This document shows, in pieces, positions 1 to 13,379 of a stretch of DNA of 64,000 nt. A model generated the notes under the pieces. That model had not been told where the DNA came from, searched no databases, and was given only the letters and a program-made list of their open reading frames with translations. How positions within the stretch are numbered: the stretch's first letter is position 1; every line of letters starts with the position of its first letter. The translations under genes and the position numbers were made by a program. The DNA is from Neoechinorhynchus agilis (Eukaryota; Animalia; Acanthocephala): the NCBI GenBank assembly GCA_051530055.1, contig CM121341.1:10208784-10272783 (forward strand), given 5' to 3'.

Positions 1-1
1 T

Positions 2-439
2 AGACGTTTATTGGAACTTAAACCTCGATACTCAGATGTGGAGTTTCTACAGTTGATTTCTGATCGTTTAAAACTGCACGACAAGGATCAAAAGATTAGA
101 GCAGAATGGATAGCTTTGCTAAAACGCGTTTCTCAATTATCGAATACGGACTATAAAGTACTAGAAATCTTAAGCGATTGGGACGATCGCAATGATGAGA
201 AGCAAAATTGGATGCAAAAAGCGTTGGCACAGTTTCTGAGTTTATACAACAACAACTCAGATTGGACCTCTGAAGTGAAACGTCTTTTCACAAAAGCCAC
301 CGGAGTATTCAAAGGTGATCGACAGAATGTTCAGAAATTAAAGGTAAAAATTGATTTGGCAATTGCTTTGGCTATGAAACATGAAGATAAGGATGCAGTT
401 GTTAAGTGGCTAGAGGAATTGCGAGAAAATGAGCTGTAA
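2..439 (+). CDS. 3' portion (last exon) of an unidentified, probably helical protein; 5' end lies outside the window
   Basis: Frame is open from base 2 to TAA at 437-439 (about 145 codons) with protein-like composition; no family motif recognised. Confidence 0.5.
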   Translation, partial: RRLLELKPRYSDVEFLQLISDRLKLHDKDQKIRAEWIALLKRVSQLSNTDYKVLEILSDWDDRNDEKQNWMQKALAQFLSLYNNNSDWTSEVKRLFTKATGVFKGDRQNVQKLKVKIDLAIALAMKHEDKDAVVKWLEELRENEL

Positions 440-840
440 ATTGTTTTGTCAAGTTTTTAACTTTATGAATAGTGTTTGTCGTAACGTGAATTCAAAACAC
501 AAAAACGGGGCCCCAAAGTTACAAAGGAGAATCTAAGCGATGATATTGAACTCTTAATCATTTCGGAAGATTTCTTTAACATGCAAATTCAGAGATGTTT
601 AATTTCTCTTTTCCATCTTTTTGGCCATCACATGAGCATCTTTAGTTGTTATCTTTAAAGCTCAACAATATGAATATTTTTAGTGTGGAGCATCCATTCA
701 CCACATTTATAGTTCATTAGCTTACTTTTGTCCTTTTATTTCTAGGCGGTACAAATGTTTACTCACAAGCTCGCATTTCATACTGAAAAGTTGCTAAAAG
801 CTGTCTGTGAATTCTGACCGTCTCGAAAGCTTTTAATAGC

Positions 841-886
841 TATTAAACTGATGATGAACCCGAAGAGATTCGAAACCTCTTTAATA
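841..886 (+). ncRNA. Minimal type-I hammerhead-ribozyme-like motif (Penelope-type), copy 1
   Basis: tattaaa-CTGATGA-t-gaaccc/gaag/agattc-GAAAC-ctc-tttaata. Helix I strands tattaaa/tttaata are complementary and the core CUGAUGA...GAAAC is present; the triplet is CUC rather than GUC. Confidence 0.6.
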
Positions 887-1618
887 AAAATTTATTTATC
901 AGGTAAGGATCTAAATAAAAGTTCTATTGTTAAGTTTTTCAAAAACGCATTTTCACCTTTGTATTAATTAAAAGAAAGTAGCGGTATTTATCGTTTGTGT
1001 ATGTGGCTGGTAACATTTCGATTGTATTTTAGATGATTATTCCTACACAACTGATTTCTCTTGGGCACACAGCCTCTTGATTTGGGTCAGGGAATCGCAT
1101 AAAATCCCTTAATACCCCGGAGGGATGAGTACAAACTCATAACCGTATGTTTCAGGGTTTTAAAGTGATTTTATGTGTTTGTCTGACCCAAGTCGGTGGT
1201 AAGGATGAATTTCATGTAATGGTATATGCGAAAGTGCTCTCATTTTATTTTCCCAACCCATTTTGGCAATAACAGGATTCCTTCATTAGTATAACTTTAG
1301 AGAGGTGGCAGAAACCTTCTACCTCTTCCTATGAATTATGCTTTGTTCTCAAAAGAAATGTCTAGACGTTCCGTGCAAGCCTGTGAGGTTTCCAGTGGTG
1401 CACAAATGTAAGCCTCGGAGGTAGGCGCAAATCGAAATTGTGGAAACTACTTCCTTTTTGAAAAATCTCTCCGCGCCTCAAAAGTAAACTTTTAGCTTCT
1501 CCAAGAAGTCATTCAAACTCTAAGACTTCACAATATTGCTTATATTATTCGACATTTAGCGACCCATTTCGTCATTTAATAGAATCATTTCCGACTTTTC
1601 TTTAACCAACGCCTGTGT

Positions 1619-3407
<1,789 letters not shown>

Positions 3408-4168
3408 TGTTCTAGGAAACGTGAATGACTTTTAACAATACATTTTGCTCTCTATAATTAATGCCCAGGGACTTAAAAGACTCCTTCGTCTAGAGAACGA
3501 GCTGTCATTCCGTTGACAAAACGTCAAATGGGTAGATGTAAAGGTCATCAATGCAGCGAGGAAAGCAGTGAATTTCGATAAACCTTTACCGTCTCGTTTA
3601 ATTCCTTTCTAGAATTGCGGCTAAAATTGTCTAAATGAATTCTTAAAGCAAGCATTTATTTGAAATCGGTAAACGACCCACATAATCGCTTCGATGTGTA
3701 ATAGTTTAACAAAAAATATCAAAAGTCCTTTGTTACAATTATGAAATCGTGAAAAAATGCACGATCTTACACTTTATTGCATCATAAATCTAGGCCTATT
3801 TTTCGTCTAAAAGTTATAATTTTTTCAAAACGGCAATCAAAGGTTATTTCATTGCCCTTTTTTGGAAGGAAGGAGTTAAAAAAACAAATCATTATTCACA
3901 ACAAAAACCCTAAAGTATAATTTAAGGTTGGCTTTTTGACGACAAAAATTCAACCTGTGTTTCCGACAAAAAGTAGAATAATTTTCTTTTACTGTCCTTC
4001 AAGTTCTATCCATGGCAACCGAACGAAGAATCGACTTATCTACGACTTTGTGTGAAATATTTAAAAATAAACGTGTTATTTAGGTATTAACCCGGTGGGG
4101 AACGCTCTATTGAAGAGGCTCCGAACCTCGTTAGGCCCATCATCAGTTTGTAATCGTCTTTTAATAGC

Positions 4169-4214
4169 TATTAAACTGATGATGAACCCGACGATGTTCG
4201 ACACGTCTTTAATA
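4169..4214 (+). ncRNA. Minimal type-I hammerhead-ribozyme-like motif, copy 2
   Basis: tattaaa-CTGATGA-t-gaac...gttc-GACAC-GTC-tttaata; same family as 841-886, GUC triplet intact, GAAAC changed to GACAC. Confidence 0.6.
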
Positions 4215-4244
4215 AAAAATTCTTTACCAGGTAAATTATCCGCA

Positions 4245-4655
4245 GAGCAAAATACAAAGACACTTTCTTAAATGGGGATATTTGTTGATTTAAAAGTCAT
4301 CGATTTTGTCCATTATTCATTTTTTTGGTTTATGAAAAATGTTTATACAGAATTCCTAAATAAGACATTTTTTAACAATTGGTCGCGAATCGTAATTGAA
4401 ACGTTTTGATATTTCGTTTTATTATTTTGGTCGATCCCCGAAACCCGAGTGAGATCGTTAAAGTCGAATATATAAATTGCGACTAATTTAATCAGTCGTT
4501 ATCAATTTAAGTTGTTTGAAGATCAAAATAAAAAGACACTTTCTTAAATCGGGATATTTGTTGATTTAAAAGTTATCGATTTTGTCCATTATTCATTTTT
4601 GTGGTTTATGAAAAATGTTTTTACAGAATTCTTAAATTAGACATTTTTTAACAAT
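4245..4655. repeat. About 1.5 units of the ~276-bp satellite
   Basis: Near-identical to the unit arrayed at 11647-13140 (agagcaaaatacaaagacactttc...gaatcgtaattgaaacg...aaacccgagtgagatcg). Confidence 0.9.
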
Positions 4656-4677
4656 AAAACCACTTTTAATTTTCGGA

Positions 4678-5225
4678 CATGAAATCATTCACACCACAAT
4701 CTCTTAGACAATTGCTTGACCAGGTCCTGCGCCGCGGTACCAAACGACCCGAGTGTCTCGACGACTCAGGTGCGTGTATTTCGCCCTTTTGCGTTCCTCA
4801 GCGGTGCCTGTTGCTCCCCCTCCGGTTTAACAGCGGCAAATTTTATGTTGCTGGCAGCGGGCGTCATAGAGAAGGCACGGGTATTCTGTGACACCGTCCG
4901 ATCTACGGCCATCGAGTCGGCAAAGATATCTTATTATTTAAGTTCGACGATTATTTCAATCTCAAACCAAGACGCGCTCAATTCTCACATGATTCGATCA
5001 TTTCTACAGAAAGACGTATGGAGCGCTCGGCAGCTCGGCACTCTCTCTGCTCAAGGATCTCTCGAAGAAATTGAGAGAGGCAACCGGAGACTCAAGAGCA
5101 GGCTTATTTCTTCGACAAAATATCTCGCTGGCAGTACAACGGGGCAATGCTGCCAGCGTGATGGCGACGGTCGAGGAAGGACAAAAGCTGGAATTTGGTG
5201 GGAGGTGGTGAATGTAAAGAAAAGT
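4678..5225. mobile_element. CRE-type 3' tail (minus strand, 4678-4925) and a second CRE-family 3' fragment (plus strand, ~5000-5225)
   Basis: 4678 begins with the shared terminus catgaaatcattcacacc. The minus strand contains RPDG/ETLG-type endonuclease-region sequence, and 5100-5165 reads ISLAVQRGNAASV on the plus strand. Confidence 0.75.
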
Positions 5226-5737
5226 AACCAAATAGAAAACTGTATGACAATCTGAAAGTTCGCAAAATCAGATATTAAAAAAAATTCTAAGAATGTTCAG
5301 CCCTATTCAAGGCCCCAGTATCAGTTTGCTGACTTCGATCCATCGATTTTTTAGATTTAACGCTTTCAAATCAGCAGAACTAAAGTTCGAAATCATCTTT
5401 TTAATCCAAGTTCGATTACGAGACAAATCCGCTTAAGCAAAATGAGAGAACGCAAAAAATCTATGGGAAGTATCGTTTTTTCGTAACGAAATGTTACAGA
5501 ATTCCTGACGTTAAAAAACAAAAGATTGAATGATTTGTATTTTTTGTCTTAAACGCAAAAAGCATTCGAGTCAATAAATATCGAGAATTGATATGTCAAC
5601 AATAAATATGTTTCACTAACAAATAACCTAATATTTGTGACTGCTTGAGACGATGTTAAGCTGAACGGCGGTACCCTTGTTGAACCAAGAAACTAACGAA
5701 ACGAAATACCAATTTCTATTATTCGCAAACCAAAAAT

Positions 5738-6166
5738 ATGGCGCAAAACGGAAACAGTCAATCAATTGGTACTGATCAATTCTCCGAAATGGATCATGCT
5801 TATTTAGAAACTACCTATCAAGAAAATCCGATGCCTGATGAGGAAAGGATTAATGGAATCGCGCAGTTTCTTGGAAAACATCCCGGATTGGTTCGAATTT
5901 GGTATTATTTTAGAAGATGTCGTATGGTGGATCAGAGTACTTCACTGAGACAACTTTTGAATTACGTCATCAGTGCAAGAATTGCTCAACGATTGGAAGT
6001 TCATCGGCAATTCGTGCCTCAATTCTTTTTGAATTCGTATTTGCCTCCAAGACCGCCCGAGAATGGATCAATTGAACCCGGTGAGCTGTTTCGGCAGTAC
6101 GAGAGGACAATACAAATAGAAAGCGATTCCGAGAGCGACAGTTCAGAGGAGTACAAATTAGGATAG
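5738..6166 (+). CDS. Divergent homeodomain protein, cassette copy 1 (142 aa)
   Basis: Residues 8-67 align without gaps to the homeodomain pattern (F8, L16, E17, Y20, N23, P24, P26, I34, A35, L38, V45, W48, R52, R53). Strong aaaATGg start context and an acidic C-terminal tail. Confidence 0.8.
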   Translation: MAQNGNSQSIGTDQFSEMDHAYLETTYQENPMPDEERINGIAQFLGKHPGLVRIWYYFRRCRMVDQSTSLRQLLNYVISARIAQRLEVHRQFVPQFFLNSYLPPRPPENGSIEPGELFRQYERTIQIESDSESDSSEEYKLG

Positions 6167-6517
6167 TACATTATTTAAAAGAATATTTATTATTTCTGTA
6201 TATTGATCGCGATCCTCGGTAGATCCATGACAATATTAAATAAGGCACTTTGAAGATAAAAATACCGGATTCTCGGGGGTTCGGAAAATATTTAAATCTT
6301 TATTGTAGGTAAATTTAAACAACTTTTGATTCCAAAATAAAGTCTTGAAATACTAACCGAATTTGTAAACGTAAGGTCGCAGTCAAGTATTTGCTATGCG
6401 TTTGCATCCTAATTTATCTAGGAACATTTTTTAGAGGTCAAATATATGAAAAATATGTTTTTTTTAAGAAGTGTTATATTTGCAAAGAAATCTTTGCATA
6501 TTGGGTAATGTTTTCTA

Positions 6518-6800
6518 CGTGAAATCGTTCACACCACCGCTCTGGATCACTCAGCTGCCGTCCTGGTGTAATGGTCAAAAGGGGCGAATGCAGCGTTCCC
6601 TCGTTGCAGGAACGGACTTATGTTTTGTTGAAGGAATGCTCTTGATATCGGATCGCCAGTGATTCGTCTCAATCTCTTAAAGAATTGCTTGACTAGATTC
6701 TGCGCCGCGGTACTAAACGACCCGAATGTCTCGGCGCCAAAGGAAACTAAATAAAGATTTCGACTCAGGTCCGTGTATTTCGGCCATTCGTTGTCCTTGG
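6518..6800 (-). mobile_element. CRE-type 3' tail separating homeobox cassette copies 1 and 2
   Basis: Minus strand encodes KYTDLSRNLYLVSFGAETFG...RITGDP...QRGNAA-like sequence followed by the conserved terminal hairpin. Confidence 0.8.
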
Positions 6801-8974
6801 CAGCGATTGCTGATCCCCTGGTTTAGTAGCGGAGACCACGGCAACCATCCTGACCTGTGATCATGACAAAAACTCAAACCGAAGATCAGTAGAACTTTGT
6901 TTTGTAAAATGCATTTTTACACTAGGCAAACGCTTAAGGTACGACAAATGCGTTAATTTTAGACTTTGCGTTCCCAAAAAAAGTCCAAAAACGATAGCAT
7001 AATTTTCAGCAATAAGCGGTAATAAAAAGATCATTCTTTATACTTTATGATTACCTAAAACCCATGATTTTCTTTATTAAATGTCGAATAAATTGTATCA
7101 ATGTTACGCGGACGGCCACGTATTTAAAAATAATCAGTAACGCACTTTATCTCATCAATTGGCTAATATAATCACTCGTTACACGATAATCTTTTCTTCT
7201 AAAACATCTCGCATTACGCTGGAGTCTCCGTGCTGAACTTTATGGAACAATCGCATCAACGACAGAATACCGATTTCTCATTCTGGCGAGATTCGGCGAC
7301 AATGTTCAAGACGCATTAAGCTCAATTTTTTCATCATTTTCATCTCCGAAGGCGAAATCTTGAAACTCACTTTCAGTGCGGTGACAGAGCAACCAATTCA
7401 TTGATGGTTGTTATTTGCGGTTATTTAAATGCCACTGATGAATTCGTTCGATTCAATCTTCGGTATAAAAGAATAAATATTTAGTTTACCTTGGTGACTT
7501 AGGTGAAGGATCTAAAAAATCGAAGTTTTTAGGAACCACACGAAGCACAGTTTCACCAATTTTATGGTTAGGGAATCGTGTATCTTCGGAAAAAAAAGCG
7601 AAAAAGGCGGGTGGAAAAGTGTTGCTCTTATAAAGGAAAAGCGCAAGAAGCGTCCACGATTTGATCGACTTTTTGTGATGATTGTTTCCGCCGTCATGGT
7701 TATTCGAAATGGACCACTAAATGCTTCCAATGAAACCAGATTAAAAGCACAGAACGCATTCTTATATTAAGGAATAAAAGATAATTAAAGAAGAGGAATT
7801 TAGCTTAAAAATTGCTCAAAATTGCACTCTAAAAACAAAATCAAGCTAATCATTTAGGTGTAAATAACAAATTTCGAAAGCCTTTAACGAAATCTATCTG
7901 AATTAAAGGGCAATAACTGTAAGTGAAGCGATTTTAAGATGGATCGCTCAGAATCACTTTTATCGCGATTAGACCGGCACTGATTAAAACCTCAATCGCT
8001 TAGATTTAAAACGCATGTGATTAATTCCAGCAAAAATGCCGATATCTGCAGTTGGAAACTTCAGGCTTCAATGCAACATTTTATAATGTTGCATTCTAGT
8101 CCCCTTGAAAGGTGGAGATGTTCGAAATTCAATGATTTTAGGCCTAAAAATTGCACGATAAAAATTTCTGAAGTAATAACCTTGTAAAACAGAGCGTTTT
8201 CCATATTTCGTTTACTTTTAAAAGTAACGAAAATAATTTTCTAAAAATCATCAATTCAACGCTCAATATTGTCTAGCGATTTTTCCATTAAAATGGGGAC
8301 GTGAATGTTGATCCGTTTGTGGAAATTCGATTTCAAATCGATACATTGATATCTTTTATTTTCACAATAAATGAATTCTTAAATTCACACGCGCGATTGC
8401 GTAAAAATGAAACCAAGATTTTTTAATGACTAATTATCGATGGAGCCTTATTGATTTGATGGCATTGAACTAAGAAGTATTTATGTTTGACGATTATTTC
8501 CATCTCAAACCGAGACGCACTCAATTCTCACATGATTCGATCATTTCTACAGAAAATTAATTCTAAGAATGTTCAGCCCTCCTCAAGGTAGTTTTAACGT
8601 TTTCAAATCAGCAGAACTAAAGTTCGAAATCATCATTTTAATCCAAGTTCGATGACGAGACAAATCCGCTTAAGCAAAATGAGAGAACGCAAAAAATCTA
8701 TGGGAAGTATCGTTTTTTCGTAACGAAATGTTACAGAATTCCTTACGTTAAAAAACAAAAGATTCAATGATTTGTATTTTTTGTCTTAAACGCAAAAAAC
8801 ATTCGCGTCAATAAATATCGAGAATTGATATGTCAACAATAAATATGTTTCACTAACAAATAACCTAATATTTGTGACTGCTTGAGATGATGTTAAGCTG
8901 AACGGCGGTACCCTTGTTGAACCAAGAAACTAACGAAACGAAATACCAATTTCTATTATTCGCAAACCAAAAAT

Positions 8975-9391
8975 ATGGCGCAAAACGGAAACAGTCAATC
9001 ATTTGGTACTGATCAATTCTCCGATATGGATCATGCTTATTTAGAAACTACCTATCAAGAAAATCCGATGCCTGATGAGGAAAGGATTAATGGAATCGCG
9101 CAGTTTCTTGGAAAACATCCCGGATCGGTTCGAATTTGGTATTATTTTAGAAGATTTCGAATCGTGGATCCGAGTACTTCACTGAGACAACTTTTGAACT
9201 ACATTATCAGTGCAAGAATTGCTCAACGATTGGAAGTTCATCGGCAATTCGTGCCTCAATTCTTTTTGAATTCGTATTTGCCTCCAAGACCGCCCGAGAA
9301 TGGATCAATTGAACCCGGTGAGCTGTTTCGGCAATACGAGAGGACAATACAAATAGAAAGCGATTCCGAGAGCGACAGTTCAGAGGAGTAG
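8975..9391 (+). CDS. Divergent homeodomain protein, cassette copy 2 (138 aa)
   Basis: Intact ORF near-identical to copy 1, lying 3237 bp downstream in tandem. Confidence 0.8.
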   Translation: MAQNGNSQSFGTDQFSDMDHAYLETTYQENPMPDEERINGIAQFLGKHPGSVRIWYYFRRFRIVDPSTSLRQLLNYIISARIAQRLEVHRQFVPQFFLNSYLPPRPPENGSIEPGELFRQYERTIQIESDSESDSSEE

Positions 9392-9708
9392 CAAGTTAGG
9401 ATAGTACATTATTTAAAAGAATATTTATTATTTCTATATATTGATCGCGATCCTCGGTAGATCCATGACAATATTAAATAAGGCGCTTTGAAGGTAAAAA
9501 TACCGGATTCTCGGGGGTTCGGAAAATACTTAAATCTTTATTGTAGGTAAATTTAAACAAAGTTTGGCTCCAAAATGAAGTCTTGAAATACTAACCGAAT
9601 TTGTAACCGCAAGGTCACAGTTCTGAGGTCAAATATATGAAAAATATGTTTTTTTTAAGAAGTGCTATATTTACACAGAAAAGTTTGTATATTGGGTAAT
9701 GTTTTCTA

Positions 9709-11640
9709 CATGAAATCATTCACACCACCGCTCTGGATCACTCAGCTGCCGTCCTGGTGTAATGGTCAAAATAGGCGAATGCAGCGTTCCCTCGTTGCAG
9801 GAACGGACTTATGTTTTGTTGAAGGAATGCTCTTGATATCGGATCGCCAGTGATTCGTCTCAATCTCTTAAACAATTGCTTGACTAGATTCTGCTACGCA
9901 ATTCGACGCCAAAGGGAACAAAATAATGTTTTCGACTCAGGTCCCTGTATTTTGTCCTTTTGTGTTCCACAGCAGCTGCTGTTGCCCCTCCGGTTTAATG
10001 GTGGCGAAATCTATGTGTCCTAGAGAATGCATTTGCCTCCAATCGCCACGAGAACACTATGACATTGTCCGGTCTGCGACGACCATCGAGTCGGCAAAGA
10101 TTGCTCAGCTCTAGGATGTTGGGGCGCATTCCCAATATTCAGGGCACGACTAAGAGCATTGCGTTCACTTCGGCAATGAAGAGCGTGGTCTTGATCAGGA
10201 ACAGAGGATCGTGTGAATATAATTCATCAGCTCGTTCGCACAGCGCCGAAAGTTGCGGTTGAAGAATGGCAATTTCTGCTTCAACATTAGAAGCAAAAGT
10301 GCAACTTCCTAGAAGACTCAGAGTGCGCGACGGGATTAACTGCGGGTGAGAAGGCTATTGGGCCCAAAGGATCCCCTTGTTGAACTCTTCGTTCTGACCA
10401 CAAAACGTTTTTATTGAACAACAGGGATGTTGAAGCTCCATAGGCATTAACGAAATAGCGAAATGCTTCTGGTGTGTGATCTCTAACTACTTCGAGCAAA
10501 TCTGCTCGGTGAACTGTGTTGAATGCATTTTTGAAATCACATTTCAAGATCACGCACGGTTTTGAGTTTCTGGTGATGAACGTACGGAGTGAATGAACAA
10601 TCGCCTCTGCGCCACAAGGTGTACAGCACCCTAACTGAGTCGGGAGAAGCACCATCCCTACTTTTTCCGCGATCATTTTATTTAAATTTTTTGCAGTTAA
10701 GCGTCGCAGAGTTGTTCCAAGTGCAATGGGACAAATCCCACCTTCCTTTTTTGCGAGGGCACACAAAGATGTGCCGAAAAATAGCTCCGTTGCTTTCGGA
10801 ACCAACTCTTCCCGTGCTAATAGGTCGACTAGGATTGCCAATGCATCTCTAAGGGACTGGGCAGCGTCATCTACTGAAAAGGAAGTCATATCCTTTAGGT
10901 GTTGGGGCCACAGCCCATCAAGCCCGTGAGCTGATCCGTATTGCCATCTTCACTTTTGATGTTGATGATAAAACATAAGGGACCGTATCAAAGGAGGAGG
11001 ATTCCACGAAATATCGCCGACCGCCGTCACTGGGATGTTTGGAACGAAGAGTTCGTAAAGATTCTACGTTATCTTTGGCGAGACTGTCCATTGGTCATAA
11101 AAGACGAACTGCTCTTCTGACATATCTATCTGCAAGCTTCGGAGAAACGCGTCCAGCAAGCGACCGATTTGAGTTTCGGCAGTGGTCAGGCTCCTGGACA
11201 CGTTCCTTACGAAGCTCGCATGCTGTTGAAAGGCATTGAGTAAAATTTTTGTAAAAAGAACTTATTCGCTCTTATATTTTTGTGGCAAGAGATCCCTCAG
11301 AAATATCATCAGCGGAAAACGCTAGTCTACGGCACGCAAATAGATGCATCCACGACAACTCTGACCTATTTTCGGTGCAGTCTGTCATTAGAGTAGTGAA
11401 TCTCTTTGCTACTTGATATCGCGCGAACTTTGGGATTCTTTTTAGAACGTTCCTGGGCAGAACTCTCGCACAATATTCCCTACAAATGGAATCTCATTTT
11501 GTACTGGTGAAGTCGTGAAAGGCGTTTCATGCACATTATCAATAAATGTAGGAGATGAACCTGGACCGTCGCAGCGTGATTTGCGGGGCCCATGGATCCT
11601 AAGAATTCCTGTTTTTGCCAGGGAAAAAACCCATCACACA
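9709..11640 (-). mobile_element. Internally deleted, 5'-truncated CRE-type non-LTR retrotransposon
   Basis: Remnants of an N-terminal Zn-finger and VLKRIPK motif near 11400-11640. RT motifs PIALGTTLRRL, QLG...GAEAIVH, CDFKNAFN, VQQGDPLGP at 10287-10889. RLE/3' tail at 9709-10170. Multiple stops and deletions. Confidence 0.85.
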
Positions 11641-11646
11641 TAGTCA

Positions 11647-13140
11647 CGAATCGTAATTGTAAACGTTTTGATATTTCGTTTTATTATTTTGGTCGGTTCT
11701 CGAAACCCGAGTGAGATCGTTAAAGTCGAATATATAAATTGCGACTAATTTAAGCAGTCATTATCAATTCAAATTGTTTGAAGAGCAAAATACAAAGACA
11801 CTTTCTTAAATCGGGATATTTGTTGATTTAAAAGTCATCGATTTTGTCCATTATTCATTTTTTTGGTTTATGAAAAATGTTTATACAGAATTCCTAAATA
11901 AGACATTTTTTAACAATTGGTCGCGAATCGTAATTGAAACGTTTTGATATTTCGTTTTATTATTTTGGTCGATCCTTGAAACCCGAGTGAGATCGTTAAA
12001 GTCGAATATATAAATTGCGACTAATTTAATCAGTCGTTATCAATTTAAATTGTTTGAAGAGCAAAATACAAAGACACTTTCTTAAATCGGGATATTTATT
12101 GATTTAAAAGTTATCGATTTTGTCCATTATTCATTTTTTTGGTTTATGAAAAATGTTTATACAGAATTCTTAAAGAAGACATTTTTTAACAATTGGTTGC
12201 GAATCGTAATTGTAAACGTTTTGATATTTCGTTTTATTATTTTGGTCGATCCCTGAAACCCGAGTGAGATCGTTAAAGTCGAATATATAAATTGCGACTA
12301 ATTTAATCAGTCGTTATCAATTTAAGTTGTTTGAAGAGCAAAATACAAAGACACTTTCTTAAATCGGGATATTTATTGATTTAAAAGTTATCGATTTTGT
12401 CCATTATTCATTTTTTTGGTTTATGAAAAATGTTTATACAGAATTCTTAAATAAGACATTTTTTAACAATTGGTTGCGAATCGTAATTGAAACGTTTTGA
12501 TATTTCGTTTTATTATTTTGGTCGATCCTCGAAACCCGAGTGAGATCGTTAAAGTCGAATATATAAATTGCGACTAATTTAATCAGTCGTTATCAATTTA
12601 AGTTGTTTGAAGAGCAAAATACAAAGACACTTTCTTAAATCGGGATATTTATTGATTTAAAAGTCATCGATTTTGTCCATTATTCATTTTTTTGGTTTAT
12701 GAAAAATGTTTATACAGAATTCTTAAAGAAGACATTTTTTAACAATTGGTTGCGAATCGTAATTGAAACGTTTTGATATTTCGTTTTATTATTTTGGTCG
12801 GTTCTCGAAACCCGAGTGAGATCGTTAAAGTCGAATATATAAATTGCGACTAATTTAATCAGTCGTTATCAATTTAAATTGTTTGAAGAGCAAAATACAA
12901 AGACACTTTCTTAAATCGGGATATTTATTGATTTAAAAGTTATCGATTTTGTCGATTATTCATTTTTGTGGTTTATGAAAAATGTTTATACAGAATTCTT
13001 AAAGAAGACATTTTTAACAATTGGTTGCGAATCGTAATTGAAACGTTTCGATATTTCGTTTTATTATTTTGGTCGATCCTCGAAACCCGAGTGAGATCGT
13101 TAAGGACGAATATATAAATTTCGACTAATTTAAGCAGTCA
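11647..13140. repeat. Tandem satellite, ~276-bp unit, about 5.4 copies
   Basis: The anchor cgaatcgtaattg recurs at about 11647, 11924, 12200, 12477, 12753 and 13028; units are highly similar and have no variable spacers. Confidence 0.95.
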
Positions 13141-13379
13141 TAAATTCAAATCTAAAAAATGACCGACCGCAAAATAATAAAACATCTAATAACTCGAAAC
13201 GATCTCTCTGTCCGATTCAGTATTAACGACGTCAATTTTCTATGTTCTGTCGCATTATACAAAAAGGTTTGTGGGTTTCGAGCGTTGGACTTCATTTTCT
13301 AAGGATAAATCCGAGTGAAGTCGAGTTGTTGATCCGTTTCATGTTTTGAGTGTGCAAAAGTCCTAATTTTTTCCAGATT

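Noticed and set aside
6471-6662. Short repeated ORFs such as MLYLQRN... (also 9662, 30970, 46896, 47706) and other overlapping ORFs at 31.3-32.2 and 45.9-46.7 kb
   Set aside because: Antisense or off-frame shadows of CRE/RTE fragments.
7436-7460. Additional hammerhead at ctgatga within the cassette
   Set aside because: No downstream GAAA core or closing helices.
11647-13140. CRISPR array (also considered for 58186-59280)
   Set aside because: Units are contiguous with no unique spacers, there are no cas genes, and the context is eukaryotic.
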